Source of the DNA: Syncephalis fuscata S228
Lineage: Eukaryota; Fungi; Zoopagomycota
Reading direction: 5' to 3'
DNA length: 64,000 bases
Assembly: GCA_025786725.1 (NCBI GenBank)
Contig: JAHLTZ010000052.1
Span: forward strand, 1 to 64,000
Below are positions 11,850 to 25,598 of the stretch, piece after piece. Both the position numbers and the translations under genes were made by a program. The notes under the pieces are model-generated. The model was not told the DNA's origin and made no database searches. It was given only the letters and a program-made list of their open reading frames with translations. Position 1 is the first letter of the stretch, and each line of letters opens with the position of its first letter.

Positions 11850-14252
11850 CTAATATGCACCTTTATTGAGGCGGCATTTTCGGAGGGGAATCGACCGTTT
11901 GGCAGCACCTTGTGATTTGTATTTTGAGTAGCATCGGCGTTTTAGGCGGCGTCGCTGTAAAAGCTTAGGCGCTAGCCGCTGCTTCTTTGTTGTTGGCCCA
12001 GATGCTGCTTGTGTTGTTGTTGTTATTGGTGGTGATGGTGATGGTGCCGTTGCTGTTGCTGTTGCTGGTGGTATTGTTGCTACTATTGGTGCAACTACTA
12101 TAGGTGTAGCAGTTGCTGATGTTGTTGCTACTGGCTCTTCTGCGGCTTCTGGTGTCAAGTCTTCACCAGTAAGCCAAGGGCAGGCCAGTGCCTGCTCGGC
12201 CGTAGGCCGCTTGTCGCTGTTGATATTTAGCAACTGCTGCATCAGGTCAACGGCTGCGAAATATTAGTTACTGTTAATAAAGACATAGTAAGCTTACCTT
12301 TTTTACTTGGCCCATTTGTTTGTTCCTGGCCAAACGGGACCGAAGCTTGCAGTATATTTTTCATATACTGTTCCACATCACCACCGTCGCCGTAAGGACA
12401 CGTTTCTAAATGGCAGTATGTAATAGTTAGTATAGTATTTTGCTTTTATTTGTACTTACTGAAGAACATTTTGTAGAGCACCGCGCCCAGGCTCCACATG
12501 TCCGCGGCCTTCCCACAGCCACTAACATCCAGCAGTGCTGGTGTTAATTGGCTTTTAAGACGCGAGTCTTCGTTGATGATATCAAGCAAAGACTCGCGCT
12601 TGTTTGTCCCAAACAGCACCTCTGGTGCCATATAGGGAGTGGTGCCGCCAAACGTGTCGACAGTTGTCGACGAGCGCAGGATGTGCGCAATCCCAAAGTC
12701 TGCATAAAGAACATTGGGACCTTCGCAACCACCTAGCAGCAATATATTGCTAGGCTATTCAAATGTTAATAATGGTCATGTATATCAAATAATTACTTAC
12801 TTTTATGTCTAAATAGTAATAGTAATAACAGTAATAACAGTAGTTAGTAATTGTGCTAATAAATATATAGTGTACTTACCACGGTGGATTACATCTTTGC
12901 TGTGAAGGAACTAATAAAGTGTTAGTGTTTTAATTGATATTTTGTAATAATACTTACTTGAATCCCTTCAAGCAACTGTTTGAAGATATGTTTTATTTCC
13001 ATCTCTGGAAGTGAAGCATGATGCTTCAGGTAGTGACTTAGGTCACCGCCCGCCACGTATTGAAGAATTAAATACGTGTTGACGGGAGTGGCCTTGGCAT
13101 CCAGCAGCTTTATGATTCGAGAGTGGCTGCCCACCCACTCCAAAGCTTTAACTTCATTGTCGAAGCTGCTGGTGTCTTCATCAGCCGGTGAGATCTTGAT
13201 TGCGACGCGCTCACGCGTCGCTCGGTCTCTTCCCAGGTACACTGTACCATACCCGCCCCTGTTACAAATAATATATTATTTATCTAACTATTTGTTTAAT
13301 TTAAGTACTTACTTGCCAAGGATTTCTTCCATGATCAAGTATTTCATGTCGATTCTCTACAGCATAATAAAAGTTATATGCTAATGATATTTAAATATAT
13401 TATAAACCTACTTGTTTTGATATTGAGTTGTCATTTAGTTGGGCAGGGGGAGTGCGTTTAACAACATGTATATTGAACACAGCTGTTTTACATGGTTAAT
13501 AATGATTATAATAAAAATAGTTACTACTTACTCGTACAGCCAGGTATTGTAATAACACAATTACCAATGGCTGTTTTTGCTTGGTCCATACGAACTTCAG
13601 CGTCGTTTACTAAACCAAATGTTAGCAATTTAATTAACATTACTATTCAAACTAACCCATTACTATTGGTAAACCGCAGTTCTGAATATTTGATTAGTAA
13701 TAAAGCTGTTAAATAACCATTTACTTACTGCAATTGTAATGGTATCATTGTGCTGTGCCTATTAATAATTAATATTGGTTTGCTAAAATATATGGTGTAC
13801 TTACTACTGATACTTGAAAACAAAACTGAGGCTGGAATTCAGCATCTAGTTGATAGTCGCTATTTGAAGTACAATATACTGTTAATTTACCGTTATGTAC
13901 ATTTTTTAAATAGTTACCAGCAGATACCAGGTCCAGCGTAGAATTGTTTATCGGCGGCCAAAACAAATTCTAAAAATCCAGTACTTAGCTATACAGATAC
14001 TCAGTGCTAGCATAACATACCTTTGGATGTCAAGTCGCATACTTGAATCCATGCAACAGCGCTAGCGCGCTTTTCTGCAGACAAATCATTCCAGCAGTTT
14101 GGAACATTTGTATACATAAGGTCTTCATTTTGTAAAAGACCCGAAGAGTGTCCAGCAGAAGCTACTGCTACGACACGAGGAGTGGAAAGCGGCATGTAAA
14201 TACTAGCATTTGAAAGCGAAATAGAGGATTGCTCAGTATTTGAAGAGTTCAT
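11850..14252 (-). CDS. Multi-exon Ser/Thr protein kinase (CAMK group, Chk2/Dun1-like layout) with degenerate N-terminal FHA-like region and a Thr/Ala-rich then basic tail
   Basis: Spliced motifs LGKGGYGTV, VAIK, HRDIKPSN (via an 8-nt exon at 12801-12808), DFG, APE, DMWSLG, KRPTAEQALACPW; small 5' exons AGPGICCDYQL, VNDAEV, CVITIPG. Confidence 0.9.
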
Positions 14253-16800
14253 GATGGTACAAATATCAAATACAAGTGGTATGAATGACTAGTTTTAACG
14301 TAAAAAAAGAGCACTGAAGTAAAGTGGTAGCAAAAGATAAAGCGAAAGATGCAATACGTTGTGTTATTCATAAATTTAAAGACACACAATATTATAATAT
14401 CAACCAGTATTGAGGGTAGTAAAGCAATAATACTTTATTGTACAAATAGTCTAGCGCTGCATTTGCTGTAGTATGTTCTGCTTACTGATGCTATAGCTCA
14501 GTCCTAAGCTGTATAGCAAACTATTGCGCATATCGGTATTTTATATAGTCACTTGGCTAAGCATGCATGTGCCACATCATACTGGTTTTCATGTTGGCCT
14601 TTGCAGTCGATATGGTTACGTGTTTATTCCTGTTTTTACTTCATAACTTTAACGGACTTTGTAGTGTAATATGAACAACGTGTATTTTATTTCTATTTAG
14701 TGGCATTGAAACTCAATCGGTGAATTATGCTATAGACCATATTTCTAAAGAAAAGTAGTCATTTTTATTTAACTAATACAGTAATAAATTGTGTGGATCG
14801 ACTGATTTAATTGTGTGCGAATGGCAAGAATACTTGGGGGAAAGCAAAAATACCCGCTAGACCCTGAAAATATTGATAGCATCGGAAAGAGCCGCTATTA
14901 TAGTGGTACAACTGATTAAGAATGGTTGCATTTGGCTATGTTTCAGTTGTATTGGCCAATTGATTCAACTAGCCAGTGTAGATATGCTGATTATGCGCGG
15001 AAATGACCAGCAAATGGAAGGCAAAAAGTGATTGAATATGGAAATAAGGAAGGGATTATAATCCAATTTACTGATAAGATGGTATCTGGCATTAGAAGGT
15101 TTCAGTCAGTTGCAATACGCCAATGAGCAGCTACCACATACTATTTACCAATATTGTCCATTCTAATTGGTAGATATGTTTTGGGGCAATTTTATAAGGC
15201 TGTGTTGAGATTACTTTTGCTCATTACTTCGCCTTCTCCTGTTTCTAGTTGTTAATGTGCTGTAAACCGTTTGTTAATGGTTAGCATTAAATCTAGTAGT
15301 TACATCCAGTGGTGTGGGGTCCCCTTGTTGGTTGATCACGATATACTGTGTTCTTGCTTTTGAGCTGTGTTGAATGTGCAATACAGTATTTGCAGACTGC
15401 TGTATTATACTGGCTCAACAATTATATGGCTGCCCGTAATAGGCGGCTGTATACTAGTGTAGTGCGGAGATATGTGGGATGCTGGAGCGTGCAGTGATAG
15501 GACATAAGTCGGTATTGCTGCACGCTCTCTCATGGGGGACGCTAGGGCGCACAGTATTAGCTTAATACTGCTCTATGCTCCCTCCTGTAAAGGCTAGAGC
15601 GCGCAGCAACAGTATTTAGCAAGTCAGTTATTGCTGTGTGTTTCCCTCATATGGATGCGGCGACCTGTGATGGGTGGCCATATGTTAGTGCTCACCTGTT
15701 TGTAACGCGCGCTGGAGGTGTGTTGGTATTGTTCAACTTGCTGAACACTGCCATCACACACTGGATTGATGAGATATGTGGTTCATCTGGGTGGATGTGT
15801 CCATATATCACCTACTGTTTACTTGCGGGTGTTGTTAAACGATTGTGATATAGCGTTAGTCTCAAATATCATCTAAAGTGCTTGCATTACACCGTAGGAG
15901 GATTGAACTGTCTGAGGCTGCCTTCATTGTGATTAAGCATAATATGATATTTCTGCGGCTGTTTACAACGTGGCAAAAGCTGCGTTATTTTGCAGCTTTA
16001 ATAGCGCATCAGCATATGACATGTGTTGTTTAGTTGTAATACACTGCAACATCTATGTGTGCTTAGCTTTATACATTAGCTACAATTGGGTGAACCAGTA
16101 GTTTAGTGATGTTTATTGCTGCACTTGAATTGCTACATTGCATTATAACATTATTAAATAACATCGTCATCTTGACGGCAGCTGGTAGAAAGCTATGTGC
16201 TTCTGACGAATGTTACTTATGCCCGAGTTGTAGTACTATCAGTATTCCAGGTGGACATATAGTTTTTTTATCAGCTGTCATCTCGATTAACAACTTTCAA
16301 CAACTTTTTTAGTTTAATTTTTATAATGTTTGTATAATACTTAGTAACAATAGCCAAACAACAAACAATCACATCACATGTGCATTATAGACTACATATG
16401 AACAACGACCAACTAAATGTATAATACTTTATTACTACTAAACAACACTACAAATCTTGTTATAGTCCTTCAAATATTGGTGCCAAATCGACAAGTTATC
16501 TGGATCGCATTTATCATCACTTTGCATTCAATTTACAATACCAATTATTGCTTTCATCAGCACAAGTACTAACAGTAGTATTATGCATTGTTGTTGATGC
16601 TATCACTTGACATGGTTTTCCAGATGGAGGGAGTGAATATATACCCATTTGGTTTTTTATCCGGTCAAGTGTCAATTGATATTGTTATTGCATGCCTGTT
16701 AAGTTTGTTAATCAATAAACAAAGTGGCAGTGGCATAAATTAGGAATTATATGTTAAACTAAAAGAATTTTAATAAAGTGTATGAATGTTTATTAAAGCA
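13345..16800 (-). repeat. Segmental duplication, inverted copy of 60545-64000
   Basis: Near-identical reverse complement; matching ORF pairs 14007/63093, 15636/61503, 16106/61038, 13492/63630. Confidence 0.97.
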
Positions 16801-16964
16801 ACATAGTATTAGCACAGCGACTCTACCACCACCATTTATATATTTTCTTGTTATATTTATTTGATTAAAAAAGTTATTGGTATTTGAATAACTAAATTAC
16901 AATAAATTACATCTTATATAACTATATCACATTACACAGGTTATCTAATAAACGGCTTGTTGAT

Positions 16965-17160
16965 TTCTAGTATGATTTGGGAATCAGATGAGTGACACTA
17001 AATAGCTTTTGTTTTATTGAACATGGAACTAGACGGTGAATAACATCAACTATCAAAATACTCATTGTTATAAATTTACTATCCAACATGCATATATCCT
17101 CTATCCACATAAATCATCTCCATTATATATTCATACTATTATGTTACATTTTTATTAAAA
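16965..17160 (+). repeat. Family A repeat, single unit
   Basis: TTTTATTGAACATGGAACTAGACGGTGAATAACATCAACTATCAAAATACTCATTGTTATAAATTTACTATCCAACATGCATAT. Confidence 0.85.
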
Positions 17161-18357
17161 TATAGCTAAAATGACTATGTCATCGAACAAATGTAATATA
17201 AAAATGGATATATTGGTTTTAATCAGTTTTTGATAAACAGTAATAACTTGATAATAATCAACAACACAGTAACTAATTTAGTGATTGAATGATAAATAGA
17301 TGTGATATATTAAACGAAAGTAATAAAGTCTAAATGAATGGCAAGCTTGAATGGTAGCATTGCATATAAACGATATTCACTACTCTGACAATCCTATTGT
17401 ACGGCACTGGATATTATAAAAGCAATGCATAGTTGTATTCTTGGCTCTAATTTAATAATATACAGTTAGCATATTACATTTGTTAGAAATACCGCATTTG
17501 CGTCGCATTCATTGCTCTTCTATAACTAATACTGGTATAATTTACCAAATATAATCAACAATCCCCAACAATCCATTAGCAATTTTTTAATATAAAATTT
17601 TACATTTTACATTATTGAGACAATACATTCGTTAGCAAATATCATAGCTATAAAACAACTTAACAATTCACGCTTTCCAATAAACATCAATTTGTTCATA
17701 TTCATATTCTTCTCTCCAGTATCTCCTTAATCTAAACCATTAAGAGTTTCAATGTCTTTAGCACATATAGTTTATCTTGCTCTACTTCAATATATTTTCT
17801 ACATTCCATTCAAATTGTTTTCTTAATCTTTTCTTTTCTTCAGCGGCCATATTAGACAAGCTCATCTAATAGATAATCTCTACTGGCTTGATTTTTGTTG
17901 TACTTTTTGGATACCTCCTTATTTGCCTTCATCTCTGCTATCGCAAACAATTATAATTTATAGCATGAACGCTATATTCATCTAAATTAAAACTCGTTAC
18001 AGCTACTAAGTAGCAAGTTAGCTAATGGTTTAGGTATGTCAAATGATGATGTCTTATTAAATTGTATTGCATATGTACATAATAAGCATCATTGCATTCC
18101 TATCAAAAAGCTCCATCTCCTCGTCGCTCATCTGTGTCACTTGCACTTTGTTACGCTGCTATGCGAACAGTGGGTGGACCACGACAGTAGTGGCTATAAA
18201 TGAAGAGAGGCAGTACTTTTTAAGTACTATTGTAGATAAACTAATCGACATTTTTACATTGATATTATTGCGCAAAATGTTAATCAATTATTAATTAAAG
18301 TGTATTTATTCACTATGTTAAATAAAATAATGCAATATATATATGCGTGTGTGCTTA

Positions 18358-21188
18358 TTAAACAGTTGTTTGTCGTTCAGCAAACGATACAAATACTTGA
18401 CCTAGAGTTGTTTGTCCGACAGAGTAGTCAACAATACCACAGGATGCACGCGATCCTTCTAGTAAGTGGAATATGCGAGCTAGCATACCAGCAGCATCGG
18501 CAGCCGTCGTAGCTTGAGCGTTACTGCGCTCGCATTCCATTTCCAAATGGCAGCCAAGTAGCTGGACGGGTTTAGCACCTAGTTGGGTATACAACTCATG
18601 CTGGATAGTGGCTGCACCCTGCGGATGGGTTGTCTTTACAAGAATCTTGTAACCGGCACCATAAACATTTTTCAACCGCTGTGGTGTACCGATAGCCTGT
18701 ACTTTGCCGTTCACCATCACGGCAATACGGTCACACAGTGCATCGGCTTCTTCCATACTGTGTGTGGTAAGTACTACACTTGCCCGCTCCTTTAAACGTC
18801 GAATACAGTCCCAAATCTTGCGACGTACACCAACATCAACGCCCGTCGTAGGCTCTAAATTAGTGCATTAGATTAGATACTGGCTTAATGATTAATTATA
18901 CTAATTTACCATCAAGGAAGACAACGCGCGGGTGACCAATGCAGGCCATGGCTAGACTTAAACGGCGCTTATTACCGCCAGAGTAGCGCTCGGCTGATCG
19001 ATCAGCAACGGGCACTAGATCAAGCATTTGTATCATTTCTTCAACGGCGCCTTCAATTTCGTTAGAAGCAACACCTTTGATACGGGCAAAGTAGCGTAAA
19101 TGCTCGCGTGCCGTTAACTTCTCCCATAGGATATCATGTTGTGGACACACGCCAAGCAACGAGTGGATGCGCGTGTCATAAGGCTGAATGGGCAAACCGC
19201 ATATGTTTGCCGTACCATTCGTTGCAGCCAATTGTCCCGTAAGAATCTAAATAAATAGATTGGTTATTGACATTAATAAAAGTATTATTAGTATTTGTTC
19301 AATTCATACCTTTAGAGTTGTTGTTTTGCCAGCACCATTTGGACCCAAATAGCCAAAGCATTCACAAGTACGAGTGGCCATCCAAATACCATCCAGTACT
19401 GTTTTTGGTCCAGTTCTAGTAGGAAATTCCTTGCACAGACCCAATAAGCGAACAGCATCTTCTTTACCATCGGTTGGCTTGCCGCCTTGCTGTAATCGAT
19501 GCATTTCCTCCAATGCTTCTTCGTCGGTTTGTTCATTATCGGCAAGCTTGGATGTGCTTTTTGCAGGCTTTGATTTGCTAGACAGACGCTTTTTCAAATA
19601 GCTAGCAATAAATGATCCAGATTGACCAGATTGGATACGTGCATCGATACGCACTTCCAAAACCCAGTAGAATATTGCACTGCCTATCAATGATAGCAAA
19701 ACAGGAAATACAGTACGGTTAATGTTAAATGTATCGGCAGAAGAATAGGGCCGCAGAATAGATGTATCAATAGCAATGCTCTAAATAGGCATAATAAATG
19801 GTACAATAGTTAGCAATACTGCCTAATATATAATGTGTATGTATACTTACACTTAGTGCTCGATCAGCACCAAAAGTGGGCAGAAATATAGCGACAATAC
19901 AAATGGTCATAAGACTAATGGCATCTTGAAACACAAAGTGCACAATAAAATAAGGCACAAAAACAATAACGGCCATACCAATACCGATGGTGGCACCGAC
20001 ACTAGTACTGCGTTGAAATAGATTCGAAATAAGATAAGCTTGGCCAATCATTGGAATGGCCAATAAAAGTTCAACAAAGATCCACGGTAGTGCACTGCCT
20101 TCAGCAAAGACAGGTAGTTGTGTAGCGGCCAGTAATACAATGCTTGCAACAATCGGTATAAGCGATAAAACAAAATCACGAATAAAACTGGCCAGTAAAT
20201 AGACACGTGATCCAATACCCATAGAGGATAGGTGAGCGCGGTGGCCTTGTTCACGTTCACGAACAACCGTCGTGGCATAAAATGCTGTAAAATAGGAAAA
20301 GCCTAATGGGTAATTGGTTGGTTAATGAGTAACAGTATAGAGTGTGATCCAACTTACCATAAATAACAAATGTAGGCACAATATAGGCCGACACGACTAC
20401 TCGCTCTTCTTTAAGTGTGGGGAATGTATTGATGCTTGTTTGTATTTGCAATTGATCACTACTACTACTAGCAACAGTGCTATCGTTGCCAGTGAGTGAT
20501 TGGGCAGCTATGTTCATTGCATTTAAGGCAATAGGGGCTCGTATGGCTTCATCATCATCGAATAATAATGTGAAGCCATAAGAGAGTTGACTGCCATCGC
20601 TGCTACGCGTTAGACTAGATAGATCGTAGCCAATCACTGCACCTCCCGGTGCATTGGTAATACCCTTTTGGCGTTGCTGTTGCATTGTATCCACCAGGTT
20701 ATTCGCCAATTGGTCCATTGTGTTGTAGCGAGTGAATTTAGGCTGCAGTGTAGACGAACTGCTTAGTGTGCGGCTCAATGAACCTTGCAGCTGACTCCCC
20801 ATACGCTATTGAGTGCATCGGTGGCGACATACGGATAACTATAGTCACCAGACATGTTGCCCGCTGCCGCGATAATAGGAATACGCGTACGGGCGCCCAC
20901 ATCAATCTTTGGTGCCGAACTCTGAAAAGCTGCCGACTAAATAGCAGAAATAGGTAAGTAGGGTGGATTAGTGTGATATGATAGTGTACTTACCATACCA
21001 ATGGCTACGCCAATCATCATGATAGGAAAGAAGATGCCGCCAATAAAGTAGGCTGGACGACGTCGTGCCGCTAGTAGATTAAGCGATAAGAGGGCCTGCA
21101 ATTGCTGTTGCCAGTTAGTGGCACTAATCGGTTCCGTCCCTGCCTTCATGGATGGTACTGGATCTGTAGCGCTAGAGGGTGTAGACAT
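18358..21188 (-). CDS. Half-size ABCA-subfamily transporter resembling the C-terminal half of full ABCA
   Basis: TMD exons then NBD: ECFGYLGPNGAGKTT, GVCPQHDIL, YSGGNKRRLS, FLDEPTTG, THSMEEADALCDRIAVMVNG, YSVGQTTLGQVF; canonical introns. Confidence 0.93.
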
Positions 21189-21958
21189 GTTGAGAGTGCG
21201 GTCGTGCAAATGCTATGTGTTGTTGTTGATAATGAGAGTAATAAACAAATAGGAAATTAATACTATTGTGGACTTCAATTACAAGTCGATTCCTTTATAG
21301 TAAGAGTTATTATTAGCAAATCTACCCTTTGCTATGGCTGAATCAATTAGCAATGACGTCAATTGCAATGTGGTATTATTGGATAAACGAATTTGCCTCC
21401 AACGTGGCTTGCCAATGCAAATTATTGTAATCGTAATCGTAATACAGATAGTAGTACTGATAGATGGCGATGATCAGTAAGATAAGAATAGAGGCCTGTT
21501 ATGTCCAAGTCCGTCCATCCATTTATATATGTGAAAATACGTACCCATTAATAATAATTACTCACGCCCTTCCGATAGTTACATTTGGCCAATTAAACAG
21601 CATCGCCAAGACTTCAAATTGGGTCTATTTAGCAAATCACTAATGGTTATTGGTATGACAAATGATATAAAAGGCATATTCTTGGCTATTCTTGGCATGG
21701 CCTTTTTGGTTTCCTTTGGAGTCACCTTTGCGATAATTACGACCTACAAACAATTGATCTGTTTTATCTCTCTCTGTCTCTACTCCCCACCCATCCAATC
21801 TATTAGTTTTTATTATATAATGATAGCAAATTAAACAGTTTATTTGCCTATTCACATAACATCATACGATATTGTTTATTAAACCATTGCTACTCCTTTT
21901 TACTCCTTTATTGCATTTCTCATAGTCATTTAGTTGGATTCTTACCAGCATTAACAAT
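21189..21958. promoter_or_regulatory. Probable bidirectional promoter region
   Basis: 770 bp between two divergent ABCA start codons; positional inference only. Confidence 0.55.
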
Positions 21959-24900
21959 ATGTCAAGTGGCAGCACACAAGGTAAGTAGCACTCGTTGTAC
22001 ATTTATCAAAATAATCTAATATAATGATGTTATAATAGCTGCCATTGGTGGCGAACGTGGTACCTGTAATGTTATCTATGAAGTGGCCACTGAACCAAGT
22101 GTCTGGCGACAATTTTACGCCCTCTTTGTTAAGAACTTAAAAATTATGTTGCGTGACTATGCGCCAACGGTCAATTCAATTCTTTCCGTAAGCTAATTAG
22201 CTAAATCATTATCTTGTTATTTTATTAATGAGCATATTATATTAGCCTGTTTACTTTCTAGTAATTCTGATCTTTCTCAATCTTGCCACAATTAAACCAG
22301 ATAAAGGTAACATAATAACTTTATTAAAAACATGGTATTTATCAGCATTACTAATGTCCATTTATAGAATTCAAAATCAATTCACTTCCTTACTTAACCA
22401 ATGATACTTGCTCGCCAACTACTACGCCTGACTGTGTCCATTTGGCCTACACAAATGGTAATAGCAATGCTGATCTTACACCGATCATCAATCAACTACG
22501 CAGCTTCTTTGATGCATCCGAGCCTAATAGTGTCGTGATTAAATCATTTGCTTCAGCCGATGATATCATTGCTCAGTATAACAAAAACACCCGTTCAGTA
22601 GTGGTGGCCGTTGACTTTCTCGGTGCCAATGTCGCCAGCCTTACCAGCGGTGGCCGTAGTCAATACGAAATTCTCGCCAACCACACATCGATCTACAGCA
22701 ATTACATCGACACACGTTTTTTGACGGCCCAAGCTTATATCGATCGGGCATTAACGAATGTGGGTCGTGCCGCTAAACAACTACCGCTGCTTAACTCGCC
22801 ACTGCCTCCACGCGACACCAAGCTAAAGAATGATGCTACCGACTCAACTGGCTTCCCATTCATTACTTATGCACCCTTTATCGGCAAGTATAAGGCCGGT
22901 ATGAGTGTGGTCAATCCTTATTATATGTTATTCTGCTTCCAGCCCATTTGGCAAATTGTACTAGCCTGGCTAGCTCGTGATAACGAAACAAGCATCAAAG
23001 CCAGTCTAATTTCTATGGGATTGCGGCCAGCCATCTATCAATTATCCGTATGGATTACTCAAGCTGCATTAAGTATACCCATGTCGGCCATTATGGTAGG
23101 CATCGTTTATGCGGGTCAGTTATTCCGCTTCACAGCATGGTATATTGTGCTGGGTGTATTTATACTATTCTCGTTCACTGCAGTCGGTATTGGCCTTCTA
23201 TTGGCCATTCCCTTTAAGGCCGAGTCTTCCAAAGCCAGTACTGTCTCAATGATCTTCACTGTGCTATTCCTCGTGTCATTCGGTCTTACTTTTGCCTTCT
23301 TATTCAATAAGAGCGGCGGACCAAGTGTGGCCGCAGAAACGGCTACATTCCTTATTGCGCCCATTGCTTTTGGACGAGCCATTGAGCGAATTACTACGAT
23401 GGAAATGACCGGTCATGGTGTAACACCGGACAACTTTGTCGGTAGTGCACTGGACCGTGTCTACTATATGTTAGTGATTGATACCGTTCTCTACTTACTA
23501 CTGGCCATTTACCTCGATCGCATCTTTCCTGGTAAAAATTGCCACCCATTGCCGTGGGACTATATCTTCCGACCAAGTTTCTGGCGTACCAGTGAACATG
23601 AAGCTTCAATGCGTAGAAAACACACAGAACTTGCTCGGTCACCCACTGCACTAAGCGAGGGTCTTCAAGAAGACAACAACGATGCTAAACTGGCCGATTG
23701 TGTTGAGCCATTTGATGTAATGAGCATACCCAGTGAAGATCGTGGTATTATTACTATTCGTCGATTGAAAAAGTCGTTTAAAATACCTGGCAAAGGATTA
23801 TTCAACCGTAAACCCACTATACATCATGCAGTTAATGGATTTACTATGCAGGTGCATCGCAATGAAATATTTGGTCTACTTGGTCATAATGGTAAGTTTT
23901 AGTAACATATCATGATCATTTACTAGATTTAACCACACTATTTATTAGGTGCTGGTAAGACAACTACCATTTCAATGATGACTGGTGGTCTTCAACCAGA
24001 TAGCGGTGAAGTACTCGTTGACGGTTATGCTCTACCGTCGGCTACCATGGCCCGCAGTGATGTCAATCTTAGTGCATTGTCGATTGTTCAAAGCATGTTG
24101 GGTATTTGTCCACAGCATGATGTATTATTTGAACACTTGACGGCCACAGAAACATTACAGCTATTTGCCGATATTAAAGGCGTGGTCATTAAAGGACGTC
24201 GATCCACCAGCGGTGCTTCTTCAACGGCTAGTGGATCTGCTTCGCTCCAAGACTATATTAGCCACTTGCTAGCCGATGTCCATTTGACGGAAAAGGCCAA
24301 TCAGCAAGTGTGGACGTATAGTGGCGGTATGAAACGCAAGCTTAGTGTAGCCATTGCCTTCCTAGGCGATCCCAAAGTAGTGCTATTGGATGAGCCGACC
24401 ACTGGCATGGATGTTTATACACGCAAACAGATCTGGCAACTCATTCAAGACTCAAAGAAGGGACGGGCTATTGTGCTCACAACGCATAGCATGGAAGAAG
24501 CCGATGCATTGGGTGATCGGATTGCTATTATGTCCAAGGGCGAACTACAGGCCCAAGGTACCACGCTCTTTCTTAAGAACCGTTATGGTATTGGCTACCG
24601 TCTTCATGTTGAAAAGAAGCGTGGTGTTACTTGGGATGGCTATATACTTGATGACATTGTAAAAAGACAGTTCCCTGGTAAGTGCAAATAATCACAATTT
24701 AATTAGCTATGAGGCTTTATTAATAAGTTTAAACATTCTAGATGCGGAACTGTTATCGGATACACCACAAGAATTGACCTATCTTGTAGCATCTCAACAA
24801 CACTCATCGGATGGCATGGGTCATGGCACTGCACGATTGCCCTTCCTGTTCGACTCGCTTAATATAAGTATGAGCAAAGGCGAACTGGCCATTGCCTCGG

Positions 24901-25098
24901 TCGGTCTTTCTCTGACCACACTTGAAGAGGTAAGATTAACACATAGAAATCACAGTGCAAATAGTAACACTAACAACACTATCGTCATAGGTATTCCTTG
25001 CGCTGCAAGACCAAGAAAAGGAGGCAGAGGAGGAGGAGAATAAGGCCTCATTGTCTGCTACGACTATGAACAACAGCGCATCCCAGCGCATTGCATAG
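21959..25098 (+). CDS. Half-size ABCA-subfamily transporter resembling the N-terminal half of full ABCA
   Basis: QFYALFVKNL start, extracellular domain, TM helices, then EIFGLLGHNGAGKTT, GICPQHDVLF, YSGGMKRKLSVAIAFLGDP, LDEPTTG, LGDRIAIMSKG, FLKNRYGIGY, SLTTLEEVF. Confidence 0.94.
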
Positions 25099-25268
25099 AC
25101 ATAATAAATTATTTTTATAAACAATTAACAGTAATGTATATATAGATGAAACATGAACTAATTTATTCGTATATTCAAAGTGCTTGATTGACTATGTATA
25201 ATGTAAAAGGAAATGTACCAAGTAAAATAAAAGCGTTGAGTTAATTGGTTAATTGATTGGTCAGTATA

Positions 25269-25598
25269 CTAAAGGGCCATACATATGCCATCTAGTCGAC
25301 CATTTTGAATACTGCAAGTAAGACCGTTGGCACACATCGTGTAGTCATTATCGCATGGAGAGCCTTGTATCGACACTTTAACACAGATGGACTGGGACCG
25401 ACCCGGCATTGTGGCACACACCGAATTAGATTCGGCGTCACATGAATAATAGATATCATCAATGATGCCGCATAGCTTGCCACCTTCAACAGAAACACGA
25501 CTACGACCATAGCTAGCATCAAATGGGACGGCTCCAACCGCCAGGAATGCTGAGCAGGCCATAAACATCATTGTTTTAATAATTGTGGATGATAACAT
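25269..25598 (-). CDS. Small secreted cysteine-rich protein
   Basis: Single-exon ORF with a hydrophobic signal-like N terminus (MMFMACSAFLAVGA) and 8 Cys in the mature part. Confidence 0.7.
   Translation of the reverse strand: MLSSTIIKTMMFMACSAFLAVGAVPFDASYGRSRVSVEGGKLCGIIDDIYYSCDAESNSVCATMPGRSQSICVKVSIQGSPCDNDYTMCANGLTCSIQNGRLDGICMAL

Noticed and set aside
12544-25537. Short antisense or alternate-frame ORFs overlapping the kinase, ABCA and secreted-protein genes
   Set aside because: Shadows of real coding exons with no independent motifs.
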